Below, in pieces: positions 17,611 to 27,147 of a DNA stretch of 64,000 nucleotides; the stretch's first letter is position 1, and the number at the start of each line of letters is the position of its first letter. This DNA is from Candidatus Vogelbacteria bacterium RIFOXYD1_FULL_44_32. GTDB lineage: Bacteria > Patescibacteriota > Minisyncoccia > Phycocordibacterales > XYD1-FULL-46-19. The notes beneath the pieces are model-generated. The model worked only from the letters and a program-made list of their open reading frames with translations, searched no databases and was not told the origin of the DNA. Position numbers and translations under genes: made by a program. The DNA lies in assembly GCA_001823065.1 (NCBI GenBank), contig MHTJ01000002.1, forward strand, positions 53,532 through 117,531, written 5' to 3'.

Positions 17611-18840
17611 ATGATTGACCTTAAAGCTTTAAATGCCGCCCTCGGCGAGCTCGAAGAAGAACGCAATATCCCCCGGGCTAAAATTATGGAGGCTATTTCC
17701 GATGCACTCGTGGCGGCTTACAAAAAAGACTACGGTAAAAAAGGCCAAATTATCAAGGCCAATTTTGACCTCAATACCGGCACGGCTGAATTTTATCAAG
17801 TAAAAATAGCCGTCGATGAAACCACTGTGCGCCCGGCGGTCGATGATGAAGAAGAAGTGGTAGTGGTGACACCCCCAGCTGTCGCAGGCGAGGATACGCC
17901 CGAGGAGCGCCCCCGTTTTAATGAAGAACACCATATTTGGCTCGCCGACGCTAAAAAGATTAAGCGTGATGTTGTCCTCGGTGAAGAATTGGTTTTTCCC
18001 CTCGAAGCCAAAGACGACTATGGTCGTATTGCCGCCCAAACCGCTAAACAAGTTATTATTCAGCGTATTCGCGAAGCCGAAAAGGTGTCTATTTTAGATG
18101 AATACGAAGGTAAGGAAGGGGAAATTATTAATGGCAAAGTGCAAAAGATTGAACGGGGTAATGTGTTTGTTGACCTCGGTCGCACCACGGCTATTTTACC
18201 CTTTGAAGAACAAATCCAAGGTGAGTTTTACCGCCAGGGCGAGCGGATCCGCGCCTACCTCTATTTAGTGGAAGACACTCCTCGTGGTATTGCCCTAAAA
18301 CTATCTCGCTCCCATCCTAAATTTGTCGAGGGTCTATTTTCTCTCGAAGCGCCCGAGGTCGCCTCGGGCGCCGTGGAAATCAAGGCCGTCGCCCGCGAAG
18401 CTGGCTCACGGACTAAAATCGCTGTCACTTCACACGACCACTCCATCGACCCGGTCGGCTCCATGGTTGGTCAGCGGGGTTCACGAGTGAATACCGTCAT
18501 CGCCGAGCTCGGTGGTGAAAAGCTCGATATTATTGAATGGTCAGACAACCCAGCCACTTTTATTGCCAATGCCCTCTCACCAGCCAAGGTCAACAATGTC
18601 ACCCCTAATGATGAGACCCACCAAGCGCTAGTCGATGTTCCCGCCGACCAATTTTCTCTCGCAGTGGGTAAGGGTGGCCAAAATGTCCGTCTCGCCGCTA
18701 AACTGACTAGCTGGAAAATAGATATCACGACACCAGAAAACTTGGCCCTACCGGAAGAAGATAAAACCGAAATTTCACCAGTTATAACAGATGAAGCGAA
18801 GGAGGAAAAAATTGACACCCCCGCCACTCCTGAAGCTTAA
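17611..18840 (+). CDS. nusA: transcription termination/antitermination factor NusA
   Basis: S1 domain plus two KH domains (GSRTKIAVTSHDHSIDPVGSMVGQRGSRV...). Confidence 0.95.
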   Translation: MIDLKALNAALGELEEERNIPRAKIMEAISDALVAAYKKDYGKKGQIIKANFDLNTGTAEFYQVKIAVDETTVRPAVDDEEEVVVVTPPAVAGEDTPEERPRFNEEHHIWLADAKKIKRDVVLGEELVFPLEAKDDYGRIAAQTAKQVIIQRIREAEKVSILDEYEGKEGEIINGKVQKIERGNVFVDLGRTTAILPFEEQIQGEFYRQGERIRAYLYLVEDTPRGIALKLSRSHPKFVEGLFSLEAPEVASGAVEIKAVAREAGSRTKIAVTSHDHSIDPVGSMVGQRGSRVNTVIAELGGEKLDIIEWSDNPATFIANALSPAKVNNVTPNDETHQALVDVPADQFSLAVGKGGQNVRLAAKLTSWKIDITTPENLALPEEDKTEISPVITDEAKEEKIDTPATPEA

Positions 18841-18875
18841 AATTAAAATTTATTAACTTTTAATTAATACAAAAT

Positions 18876-19403
18876 ATGAATCTTTGGCACGATATTCCCG
18901 CTGGTGACGCTTCGGCCCTCAATGTCATTATTGAAATCCCCAAGCTGTCCCGCATTAAATACGAATTAGATAAAGAAACTGGTCTCATCGGTGTGGACCG
19001 GGTACTTTACTCCCCAATGCACTATCCCGCCAACTACGGCTTTGTCCCCCAGACTTTATGGGACGATGGTGACCCTCTCGATGTTCTCGTGATGAGCCAT
19101 GAGCCATTTGTCCCGGGCTGTTTGGTCAAAGTCCGACCGGTGGGAGTAATGGAAATGACCGACGATGGCGACTCCGACGCCAAAGTGCTCTCGGTACCAG
19201 CTAAGGACCCCCGTTACAACAGTATTCAAAATCTGACCGATATTGACCCTCATACCCTCGAGGAAATCAAGCATTTCTTTAAGGTTTACAAGGATTTACA
19301 GAAAAAAGAGGTGGTGGTCGCCGACTGGCGAGACAAAAGCGAGGCCACCAAAGATATCCAGCACTCGTTTGATTTGTACCAAAAGAAATATCCCAAAAAC
19401 TAG
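18876..19403 (+). CDS. ppa: inorganic pyrophosphatase
   Basis: YPANYGFVPQTLWDDGDPLDVLV motif. Confidence 0.95.
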   Translation: MNLWHDIPAGDASALNVIIEIPKLSRIKYELDKETGLIGVDRVLYSPMHYPANYGFVPQTLWDDGDPLDVLVMSHEPFVPGCLVKVRPVGVMEMTDDGDSDAKVLSVPAKDPRYNSIQNLTDIDPHTLEEIKHFFKVYKDLQKKEVVVADWRDKSEATKDIQHSFDLYQKKYPKN

Positions 19404-19494
19404 CTATCCGCCCTTTGTTGTGGCGAAATTTGCCTAAAAATGCTATACTAGTCAAGTGGCTGGTATAGCATTTTAGCTGACTAGCCCCCAACAT

Positions 19495-20073
19495 ATGAAA
19501 TCAAATATATTTAAAATCGCTATATTTTTAGCCGTATTTGCCTTTGGAACTCCCGCTCTGGCTCAATCTGGGCACTTGGCCACGATTCAGGACCAAGCCC
19601 GTGCCAACCGTGAGTCGTTTTTAAGGTTACAAAAAGAACCCCAAACCCCAGTCCCCGGCAATGCCACCAGCACCGAGGCCCGTCTAAATTCTTTAGATGG
19701 TAGAGTAAGTGAGATTCGGGAACAGACCATTCTGATCAATTATAACCGCATTATTGCCAAACTTGGGGTTTATACCAGTTATCTAGACAATGTAAATGAA
19801 CGTTTAGAAGACAAAGTACTGGAAAATGAAACCGCCGGCTTCGATGTAACAACCGCTGCCGCCTATGTCGCTTCCGCTAATTTGAGTTTAGAGACCGCCA
19901 GCTCAACTATTGCTACCGCCAGAGCTAGCTCGACCGAAGTTTTTCTAAGTGCCAACCCAAGTGGTGAGCTGATCATAATGAAAGAACGTTTGGTCAACAC
20001 TTCCCTCCTGATTCAAAAAGCCCGCGAAGCCATTGTCGCCGGTATTAATAGCTTAAAAACAGAAACCAAATAA
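19495..20073 (+). CDS. secreted hypothetical protein
   Basis: Signal peptide MKSNIFKIAIFLAVFAFGTPALAQ. Confidence 0.6.
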   Translation: MKSNIFKIAIFLAVFAFGTPALAQSGHLATIQDQARANRESFLRLQKEPQTPVPGNATSTEARLNSLDGRVSEIREQTILINYNRIIAKLGVYTSYLDNVNERLEDKVLENETAGFDVTTAAAYVASANLSLETASSTIATARASSTEVFLSANPSGELIIMKERLVNTSLLIQKAREAIVAGINSLKTETK

Positions 20074-20074
20074 T

Positions 20075-20380
20075 TTGACTATGGCTAAAACCCCGATGGA
20101 AGAATTGCGTTCGGTCGATGGTACTAAAGGCCCATTGTTTGCCACCATCGTCATTATTATTGTTTTACTGATCGGTGGGGTCACTGTTTTTTACGGCCAG
20201 TTTAAAAAGAGTCGCGAGTGGCAAAAGGCCTACAACAACGCCACCCTGACCGAGGCCCAAGCCGACAAGATTCCGGCCACCAGCACCTCGACCAACCTAG
20301 ATACTTTAGAGACTGATTTGGAAGTGACCGACTTGTCGACCCTAGACGCTGATATTGATTCCTTGCCTACCACTTATTGA
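20075..20380 (+). CDS. small membrane protein, hypothetical
   Basis: TM helix LFATIVIIIVLLIGGVTVFYG; acidic Thr/Asp-rich tail. Confidence 0.5.
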   Translation: MTMAKTPMEELRSVDGTKGPLFATIVIIIVLLIGGVTVFYGQFKKSREWQKAYNNATLTEAQADKIPATSTSTNLDTLETDLEVTDLSTLDADIDSLPTTY

Positions 20381-20393
20381 GTAAAATTAAGAA

Positions 20394-20425
20394 CCCCCGC
20401 CGCGCTTCGCGCGGCGGGGGTTCTT
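20394..20425 (+). terminator. Rho-independent terminator
   Basis: cccccgccgcgc-ttc-gcgcggcggggg, a 12-bp GC stem followed by a T-run. Confidence 0.75.
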
Positions 20426-20458
20426 TAATTTGGCATTTTAATAATTTTCAGGTAGATT

Positions 20459-21496
20459 ATGGGGGCTATGATCAATGTCACCATCACTAAACTACCCGCG
20501 TCGGAAATAGAAATCACTGGTGAAATACCGGTCGATATTTTTATGGCCGGTTGGAGTGACGCCCTAAAACGGCTGGGGGCCAAGGCCGAAATCCCCGGTT
20601 TTCGGCCCGGCCACGTGCCCGAAAAAATCCTCAATGAGAAAATCGGGGACGACCGGATTTTGTTGGAAATGGCCGAAGAAGCCCTGCAAAAAACTTATCC
20701 CGAAATAATTGTCACCCACAAAATCGAGGCCATCGGCGAACCAGAGATTACTATCACCAAAATTGCCAAAGACAATCCGTTGGGTTTTAAAATAAAAACC
20801 GCCGTCTTGCCAGAATTTACTTTGCCCGACTATCAAAAAATTATTAAAGAAATCGGGGCTAAACACCCTGACGAAAGTGAAGTAGCCGACGAGGAAGTCG
20901 AGAAAGCAGTGGAGGAAATCCGCCAGATTCGCGCCCGCGAAAGCAATGACCCCACCGCTAAGGATTTGCCGGAAGTTAATGAAGACTTTGTCAAAAAACT
21001 TGGTGATTTTTCATCAGTGGCCGATTTTAAAACCAAACTCAAAGCCAATATTAGTGCCGACAAGAAAAACAAAAGTCAGGAAAAAAGGCATCTGGCCATT
21101 ATCGAAGCGATCGGCCTTAAATCTAATCTTGCCATACCAAAACTTCTCATCGACAATGAACTAAACAAAATGTTGGCCGAGATGAGAAGCCAAATCGAAA
21201 GAATGGGTCTAAAATTTGACGACTACCTTATTCATCTCAAAAAAACCACGGACGAATTAAAACAGGGCTGGCAGGAAGACGCTGTAAAAAGAGTCCGCTT
21301 TGGTTTAGTGGTAAGAAAGTTGGCCGAGGCGGAAAAAATAAAACCCGATCACGACACTGTCCACGCTGAAATCAAACACATTTTGGAACACAACCCCGAG
21401 CTAAAAGGTGAAGTGGCCGAGGACCGTATCCACGCCTATGTGGAAAATGTGATGACCTCCGACTTGGTGATGAAGTTTTTGGATGGAGTGAAATAA
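20459..21496 (+). CDS. tig: trigger factor, short form lacking the FKBP PPIase domain
   Basis: N-terminal ribosome-binding domain with GFRPGHVP signature and the C-terminal chaperone domain; only 345 aa. The segment equivalent to the E. coli PPIase domain is absent. Confidence 0.85.
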   Translation: MGAMINVTITKLPASEIEITGEIPVDIFMAGWSDALKRLGAKAEIPGFRPGHVPEKILNEKIGDDRILLEMAEEALQKTYPEIIVTHKIEAIGEPEITITKIAKDNPLGFKIKTAVLPEFTLPDYQKIIKEIGAKHPDESEVADEEVEKAVEEIRQIRARESNDPTAKDLPEVNEDFVKKLGDFSSVADFKTKLKANISADKKNKSQEKRHLAIIEAIGLKSNLAIPKLLIDNELNKMLAEMRSQIERMGLKFDDYLIHLKKTTDELKQGWQEDAVKRVRFGLVVRKLAEAEKIKPDHDTVHAEIKHILEHNPELKGEVAEDRIHAYVENVMTSDLVMKFLDGVK

Positions 21497-21555
21497 TTGC
21501 CTAGGCTATAAAAATCTTTTATACTCCAATTACTAATTAATCTAAAATAATCCTT

Positions 21556-22146
21556 ATGTTAATCCCCACTGTTATCGAAAAGTCCCAATTTGGTGAGCGG
21601 GTCTACGACATTTACTCACGTCTTTTACGCGAGCGCATTATTTTCCTCGGGGGCCATATCGACGACCACGTCGCCAATATCATTATTGCCCAGTTGCTTT
21701 TTCTCGAGTCCGAAGACCCCAAGAAAGATATTAAACTTTATATAAACTCCCCTGGCGGCTCGGTCACCGCGACACTCGCCATGATCGACACTATGGACCA
21801 TGTCGCACCCGATGTCTCGACTATTTGCGTCGGTATGGCCGCTTCTGGTGGTGCACTTATCTTAGGGGCAGGAGCCAAGGGCAAGCGCCTTGCTCTACCA
21901 AACTCGGAAATGATGATCCACCAGCCACTTGGTGGTATTGAGGGCCAAGCTTCTGATATTGAAATTACCGCTCGGAATATTATAAAAACCAAAGACAATC
22001 TAAACAAAATGTTATCGCGCTTTACCGGCAAATCTCTGGCCCAAATAGAAAAAGACGCCGATCGCGACTTCTATATGTCGGCCGACGAAGCCAAGAAGTA
22101 TGGCTTGATTGATGAGGTCATAAAACCAAAAGGGCCTAAAAAATAG
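21556..22146 (+). CDS. clpP: ATP-dependent Clp protease proteolytic subunit
   Basis: ERIIFLGG...[11 protein letters not shown]...MIHQP; Ser-His-Asp triad context. Confidence 0.95.
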   Translation: MLIPTVIEKSQFGERVYDIYSRLLRERIIFLGGHIDDHVANIIIAQLLFLESEDPKKDIKLYINSPGGSVTATLAMIDTMDHVAPDVSTICVGMAASGGALILGAGAKGKRLALPNSEMMIHQPLGGIEGQASDIEITARNIIKTKDNLNKMLSRFTGKSLAQIEKDADRDFYMSADEAKKYGLIDEVIKPKGPKK

Positions 22147-22170
22147 GTCGCTCGGAAAAATAAACATTAG

Positions 22171-22196
22171 AAAACCACTCCAGTGAGTGGTTTTCT
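22171..22196 (+). terminator. Rho-independent terminator after clpP
   Basis: aaccactc-cagt-gagtggtt hairpin followed by a T-run. Confidence 0.65.
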
Positions 22197-22241
22197 TCTG
22201 CTCAAGCAAGAGCTATTAGACATTTATATAGAATTTATTTC

Positions 22242-23021
22242 TTACTCAATGAACAGCGGTCCTACATTTTCGTTTAATTCAAATGTCCTCATCTTACTTT
22301 CTCCATCAATGCGATACATCATCTTTAAGAATTTTACTGAATAATTACCAGAGGAATATGGTATAAGCCATATAGTTGCTCCTATTTTACTAGTTTTTCC
22401 TGCTTTAATTCTGCAAAAATTTTCTCTCATTAGCCCACAGTTTACATCTGAATCTTGTGTGCCATTAAATTCCTTACCATCAACTGTATAGAAAAAACCT
22501 ATGGTCATATTTTTTGAATTTGATGTCGCCTGTGGCACATATACATCTTTATTGCCGGCAGTAATAGATATATCAATACTATAGGATCCATAAGTCCCGC
22601 CATCTCTCGAATACACATTTGATCCAACCCAGTCAACTTTGATTTCTGGGTCATCTGATAGCGCAGGTTCAACTGATTCAGGTGCAATAATGGAAGCAGA
22701 ATCTGTAATAGCAGGATAATTGACGATCGGGTTTGTTGGTTTAGGTTCATTCGTAATCGCCTTTAATGCTCCAATTTCCTTTTTAAGCCCATTAATTTCT
22801 GATTGTTGGTTTACAGATTTTATATTGGTCTCTGTTTTAATATCTGCAATAGTTTTTTTAACGTCCTTATTTTGATCTGTTGATGTAGCATATTCAGTTA
22901 CCTTTTCTTTATTCCAAGCAAAACTAAACCAAGAAAAAGGGTTCCACCATGCCGCGAAAACAACATTAGGAGCAGTCAACACAATAAACAAAATCACAAT
23001 AAAAATATATTTAATTTTCAT
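22242..23021 (-). CDS. secreted hypothetical protein
   Basis: Signal peptide MKIKYIFIVILFIVLTAPNVVFA. Confidence 0.6.
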   Translation of the reverse strand: MKIKYIFIVILFIVLTAPNVVFAAWWNPFSWFSFAWNKEKVTEYATSTDQNKDVKKTIADIKTETNIKSVNQQSEINGLKKEIGALKAITNEPKPTNPIVNYPAITDSASIIAPESVEPALSDDPEIKVDWVGSNVYSRDGGTYGSYSIDISITAGNKDVYVPQATSNSKNMTIGFFYTVDGKEFNGTQDSDVNCGLMRENFCRIKAGKTSKIGATIWLIPYSSGNYSVKFLKMMYRIDGESKMRTFELNENVGPLFIE

Positions 23022-23321
23022 AACAAATTTATCAGAAAAAGCTATAATATCGTAACTATAATATTTAAAAGATACTTTGTCTACAAGACATCCGAACTAA
23101 TTTTCTCCCACCTCGACAGATTTCAATATCTTTGATATTATAAAAATATCCAATTATTAATTGTTAAATGCTGACACCTGATTGCAGTTTGCCCGAAGAA
23201 GAAATTTGACCAAAAAAAAAGACCCGATGAAACCTTTCCTTTACCGAACTAAGTCTCACCTAGCCTTAATTTAGGCCAGTTTTTTCAACTAAACTGCGGT
23301 CGGGCTAAGCCCTATCGTATT

Positions 23322-24851
23322 ATGAATCTATTAACCGTCATCATCCTCGCCGGCACCGCCGGGATAGGAGGAATTGTCATTGGTTATTTTCTACGCTGGC
23401 TGGTTACCCTTGGTCAAAAGGGCTCCATGGAGCTCACTATTAAGCAAACCCTGCTCGATGCCAAGGACAAAGCCCAGCAGATTATTGCCGATGCGGAAAA
23501 AGACAGTGCTGAAACCCTCGCCGAGGCCCGCAAAAAAGAGAGCGAGAAAGAAGCTAGTTTAAAGAAATTAGAAGACCGTCTGCTGACTAAGGATGAAACC
23601 TTGGACAAACGGCAAAGTGATATTGATACCGAAGCGGAAAATCTTAGGAAAAAAGCCGAAGAAATTCGCCAAATTAAAGAAAAAGTGGAAGCCTTAAAAA
23701 TTACCGAAGAAACAGAATTAGCGCGCATTGCCAATCTGTCGAAGGAAAACGCTCGGGAGGAAATAATAAAGCGGACTGAGAAAGATTACGAAGAAGACCT
23801 GCTGGTGCGCATGCGCAAATTAGAACATAACGCCGAAGAAAGGCTAGAAAATCGGGCCAAGGATATTTTATCTACGACAATCCAACGGTTGGCCAACTCG
23901 ACCGTGCCCGAGGTAATGTCCACCAATGTTGATATTCCATCGGACGATATTAAAGGCAAGATCATCGGCAAAGAAGGCCGAAATATCCGCACTTTTGAGA
24001 AGGAAACAGGGGTAGAAGTTATTATTGATGATACCCCCGGCTCGATTGTCCTCTCGTCTTTTGACCCCATCCGCCGGCAAATTGCCAAGGTGGCACTCGA
24101 AAACCTAATTACTGATGGGCGGATTCAGCCCGCCAAAATTGAGGAACTGGTCGCCAAAGCGAAAGAAGATGTGTCCAAAATTATTAAGGAAAAAGGCGAG
24201 CAAGCCGCTTATGAGGTGGGGGTTTTAAACTTAGACCCGCGCATTTTGCTTATCCTTGGTCGCCTCCACTTCCGGACCAGCTATGGTCAAAATGTTTTGC
24301 AACACTCGATCGAGATGGCCCACTTTGCGGGCATGCTCGCCGAGGAATTGGGCGCCGATATTCAGGTGGCCAAAGCGGGAGCACTCTTGCACGACATTGG
24401 TAAGGCGGTGGACCACGAAGTTTCTGGTACTCATGTGGAAATCGGTCGCCGGATTCTCGAAAAATTTGAGGCTGGCGAAGCAATTATTAAAGCCATGCAA
24501 GCCCACCACGAGGAATACCCCTACGAAACGATTGAATCGATTATTGTTCAAACTGCCGATGCTATTTCTGGTGGCCGCCCAGGGGCCAGACGTGATAGTC
24601 TAGAAAATTATTTGAAACGATTGAAGGATTTGGAGGATATCGCCAATTCATTTACTGGGATCGAAAAAACTTATGCTATCCAAGCGGGGCGAGAAATCCG
24701 GGTTTTTGTTCGTCCCGACCAGCTGGGCGATATTGAAGCCAAAAAACTGGCCCGTGATATTGTGTTAAAAATTGAAAAAGAATTAAAGTACCCAGGCGAA
24801 ATCAAAGTGACAGTCATTCGAGATTCCCGAGTAGTAGAGTACGCGAGATAA
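23322..24851 (+). CDS. rny: ribonuclease Y
   Basis: N-terminal TM helix, KH domain, HD domain (LLHDIGKA). Confidence 0.95.
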   Translation: MNLLTVIILAGTAGIGGIVIGYFLRWLVTLGQKGSMELTIKQTLLDAKDKAQQIIADAEKDSAETLAEARKKESEKEASLKKLEDRLLTKDETLDKRQSDIDTEAENLRKKAEEIRQIKEKVEALKITEETELARIANLSKENAREEIIKRTEKDYEEDLLVRMRKLEHNAEERLENRAKDILSTTIQRLANSTVPEVMSTNVDIPSDDIKGKIIGKEGRNIRTFEKETGVEVIIDDTPGSIVLSSFDPIRRQIAKVALENLITDGRIQPAKIEELVAKAKEDVSKIIKEKGEQAAYEVGVLNLDPRILLILGRLHFRTSYGQNVLQHSIEMAHFAGMLAEELGADIQVAKAGALLHDIGKAVDHEVSGTHVEIGRRILEKFEAGEAIIKAMQAHHEEYPYETIESIIVQTADAISGGRPGARRDSLENYLKRLKDLEDIANSFTGIEKTYAIQAGREIRVFVRPDQLGDIEAKKLARDIVLKIEKELKYPGEIKVTVIRDSRVVEYAR

Positions 24852-24982
24852 AAATAAAGTAGCACCCAAAAATCTCCTCCTCTGGGGGATTTTTAGGGGC
24901 TATTGCACCTCCTGGCCCTAAAATATATACTGTACCCAAGTTTTGAAAGGTCGTGCCATTAGCAAAATAAGTCACACCTGGT

Positions 24983-25255
24983 ATGAACAAGCAAGCAATC
25001 GTCGAAGAAGTATACTCCGCCCTCGGCGGGACCAAAGCGGCCGCCGAAAAAGCAGTTGATATCGTCGTTGATTCGATTGTCACCACCCTCAAAAAGGGCG
25101 ACGAAGTATCTATTGCCGGTCTCGGTATCTTCTCCACCAAACAGCGGGCAGCCCGCACAGCGCGTAACCCACGTACTGGTGAAGCGGTCAAGGTCCAAGC
25201 GATGCGCGTGCCCAAATTTCGCGCCGCCAAGGCCCTCAAAGATGCGGTGAAGTAA
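24983..25255 (+). CDS. hup: DNA-binding protein HU
   Basis: MNKQAIVEEV...GFGIFSTKQRAARTARNPRTGE signature. Confidence 0.9.
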   Translation: MNKQAIVEEVYSALGGTKAAAEKAVDIVVDSIVTTLKKGDEVSIAGLGIFSTKQRAARTARNPRTGEAVKVQAMRVPKFRAAKALKDAVK

Positions 25256-25294
25256 AAACAGAAAACTTTCTCGAGAAAGGTTTCTCACTACACG

Positions 25295-25322
25295 AAAAAA
25301 CCCGTCTGCAAACGGGTTTTTT
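25295..25322. terminator. bidirectional terminator between hup and the aminotransferase gene
   Basis: aaaaacccgt-ctgcaa-acgggttttt. Confidence 0.7.
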
Positions 25323-25327
25323 CGTGC

Positions 25328-26170
25328 CTATTTTTTGTTTTTATAACAGATTTTATCTATTTCCTTTTTAAATTCGGCTAGTAGCCACTTGGTATTTGGT
25401 CCAACTTTACCGTTTCCGATTTTCAAATTATCAATTTTTACAATCGGTACCACATATTTATTGGTGGCTGTGAGAAACGCCTCGTCGGCGTCGGCCAATT
25501 CACTGACCAAAAGTTCTCGCTCTTCAACTTTAAATTTTTTTCGCGCCAATTTTAAAACTATTTTTCTGGTTACTCCCGCCAAAATATCATTTTTTGGAGT
25601 GATTAAAGTATTGCCTTTAAAAATACCAAAATTACTCATGGCACACTCCAAAATTTTACCATTATCGACATACAATATTTCTATCGCTCCCGCTTTTTGT
25701 CTTTTTTCTTGCCATTTCACCGCCACGGCGTAATTGGTATGTTTGGCTTCAGCCAAGGGTCGCGCATGTTGTACAGTAATAAGCTTAGCCCCTTTTGTGA
25801 AAACATCCGGTGAATAGTCGGTCAATTTATCCATTAAAATAAAAAATTGTGACTTACCTAAACTTATACCATCGTCACTTGCCCCACCCGTAAGCACCAA
25901 GCGAACACTGGCATCTTTTAACTTATTTTTTACCAACAAATTAGCCGTCGCTTTTAAAACAGTATTAAGCTCGACGGGCACCTTTAGCCCCAGCAACTTG
26001 GCCGACTGACAAAAACGCACAAAATGGTCCTCTAAATGAAATGGCGTTTTGTTGTATATCCGCGCAAAATCAAACACCCCGTAGCCCCGCAAAACCGCTA
26101 GGTCATTGGCCAGTACTTTGGTTTCAGTTAGTTTTACAATCTTATTATTAGCGTAACAGTAGGGAGACAT
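25328..26170 (-). CDS. class IV (branched-chain / D-amino-acid) aminotransferase
   Basis: PLP fold-type IV; EAFLTATNKYVVPI motif; 280 aa. Confidence 0.85.
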   Translation of the reverse strand: MSPYCYANNKIVKLTETKVLANDLAVLRGYGVFDFARIYNKTPFHLEDHFVRFCQSAKLLGLKVPVELNTVLKATANLLVKNKLKDASVRLVLTGGASDDGISLGKSQFFILMDKLTDYSPDVFTKGAKLITVQHARPLAEAKHTNYAVAVKWQEKRQKAGAIEILYVDNGKILECAMSNFGIFKGNTLITPKNDILAGVTRKIVLKLARKKFKVEERELLVSELADADEAFLTATNKYVVPIVKIDNLKIGNGKVGPNTKWLLAEFKKEIDKICYKNKK

Positions 26171-26266
26171 AATTAAAAAATTAAAAAAGTAATGGAGTAA
26201 TTTTAGCAGGTTTTGCTTTTCGCAACAGACTTGTCCTTAGCTAAATTAGTGTTAGAGTATGAAAAG

Positions 26267-26839
26267 ATGTCTAAACCTCAACTCAAAGGAGAAAGGCCAA
26301 TGGCGACGCAAGCGACTGTTGTCTTTCTCTGTCGAGAGAAAGAGGTGTATATGGGGATGAAAACCGACAAAATCGGTGTCGGTTGTTACACTGGGCCCGG
26401 GGGCAAAATCCACACCAATAAAGAAGGAGTAGCTCTAGAATCCATCCCAGACTGTGCTAGTCGCGAAGTTTTCGAGGAAATTGGGGTCATTGTGATGCCG
26501 AAAAGCCTCGACCAAGTGGCTATTATTTCGTTTGTAAACCAAGGAGAAACTCCAGCTAACACTAGTGTGTTTGAAGTTTATTTTTTTCTCACGCACAAGT
26601 GGCTGGGCGAGCCGATTGACTCGGCCGAGATGAAAGCTGGTCGCTGGTTTCCGATTAGTGACCTAATCGAAAGACCCACAACCACCGCCAAGCTCATGGC
26701 CGCCGACCCACTGTTTCTGCCCTTGATTTTCTCTGGTCAGAAAATCATTGGCGAGTGTATCTACGCCCCCGGTGGCCAGAAAGTGGTGGAAGACTGGCAC
26801 TACGAAGTTGTTGAAGATTTTTCTGAATTTACTGTCTAG
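26267..26839 (+). CDS. NUDIX hydrolase (start uncertain: 26213, 26267 or 26300)
   Basis: Nudix box GGKIHTNKEGVALESIPDCASREVFEEIGV. Confidence 0.75.
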   Translation: MSKPQLKGERPMATQATVVFLCREKEVYMGMKTDKIGVGCYTGPGGKIHTNKEGVALESIPDCASREVFEEIGVIVMPKSLDQVAIISFVNQGETPANTSVFEVYFFLTHKWLGEPIDSAEMKAGRWFPISDLIERPTTTAKLMAADPLFLPLIFSGQKIIGECIYAPGGQKVVEDWHYEVVEDFSEFTV

Positions 26840-26843
26840 CATG

Positions 26844-26873
26844 CTCGCCCCGAAACTAGGGGCGAGTTTTTTT
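26844..26873 (+). terminator. Rho-independent terminator
   Basis: ctcgcccc-gaaacta-ggggcgag followed by ttttttt. Confidence 0.7.
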
Positions 26874-26907
26874 GTGCGGGTAGGGAGAATCGGTCAGGAA
26901 TAATTTC
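26874..26907. repeat. 34-bp repeat A copy 1: the 3'-terminal ~20 nt of tRNA-Gly(UCC) plus 14 nt. Direct repeat of 27073-27092 and of 34970-35003
   Basis: gtgcgggtagggagaatcggtcaggaataatttc versus the tRNA 3' end gtgcgggtagggggaatcg, and versus 34970-35003 with one mismatch. Confidence 0.7.
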
Positions 26908-27072
26908 TCGCCGCCGCTCAAAATTTTCACGACCCTGGCTCATCTGTTTCTCTTGCTAGATAAACATGATTCCGCCTTTCGATTCCCCACGCAAGGTAAG
27001 CAGTTACCTTGCTCATCCCCGCCACTAGAGCCACAAAAATACCAGGCATAAACCTGGTATTTTTGTGGCCAG

Positions 27073-27143
27073 TGCGGGTAGGGGGAATCGAACTCCCGTC
27101 TGCACATTGGAAGTGTGCCATTCTACCACTAAACTATACCCGC
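27073..27143 (-). tRNA. tRNA-Gly(UCC)
   Basis: GCGGGTATAGTTTAGTGGTAGAATGGCACACTTCCAATGTGCAGACGGGAGTTCGATTCCCCCTACCCGCA. Cloverleaf with anticodon loop CTTCCAA; one A:C mismatch in the T-stem. Confidence 0.8.
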
Positions 27144-27147
27144 ATAT

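Noticed and set aside
17629-18827. Several minus-strand ORFs (17629-18051, 17796-18011, 18261-18464, 18471-18827) inside nusA
   Set aside because: They are antisense to a well-supported nusA reading frame, with low-complexity Ser/Thr/Ala-rich translations typical of antisense frames in GC-richer genes.
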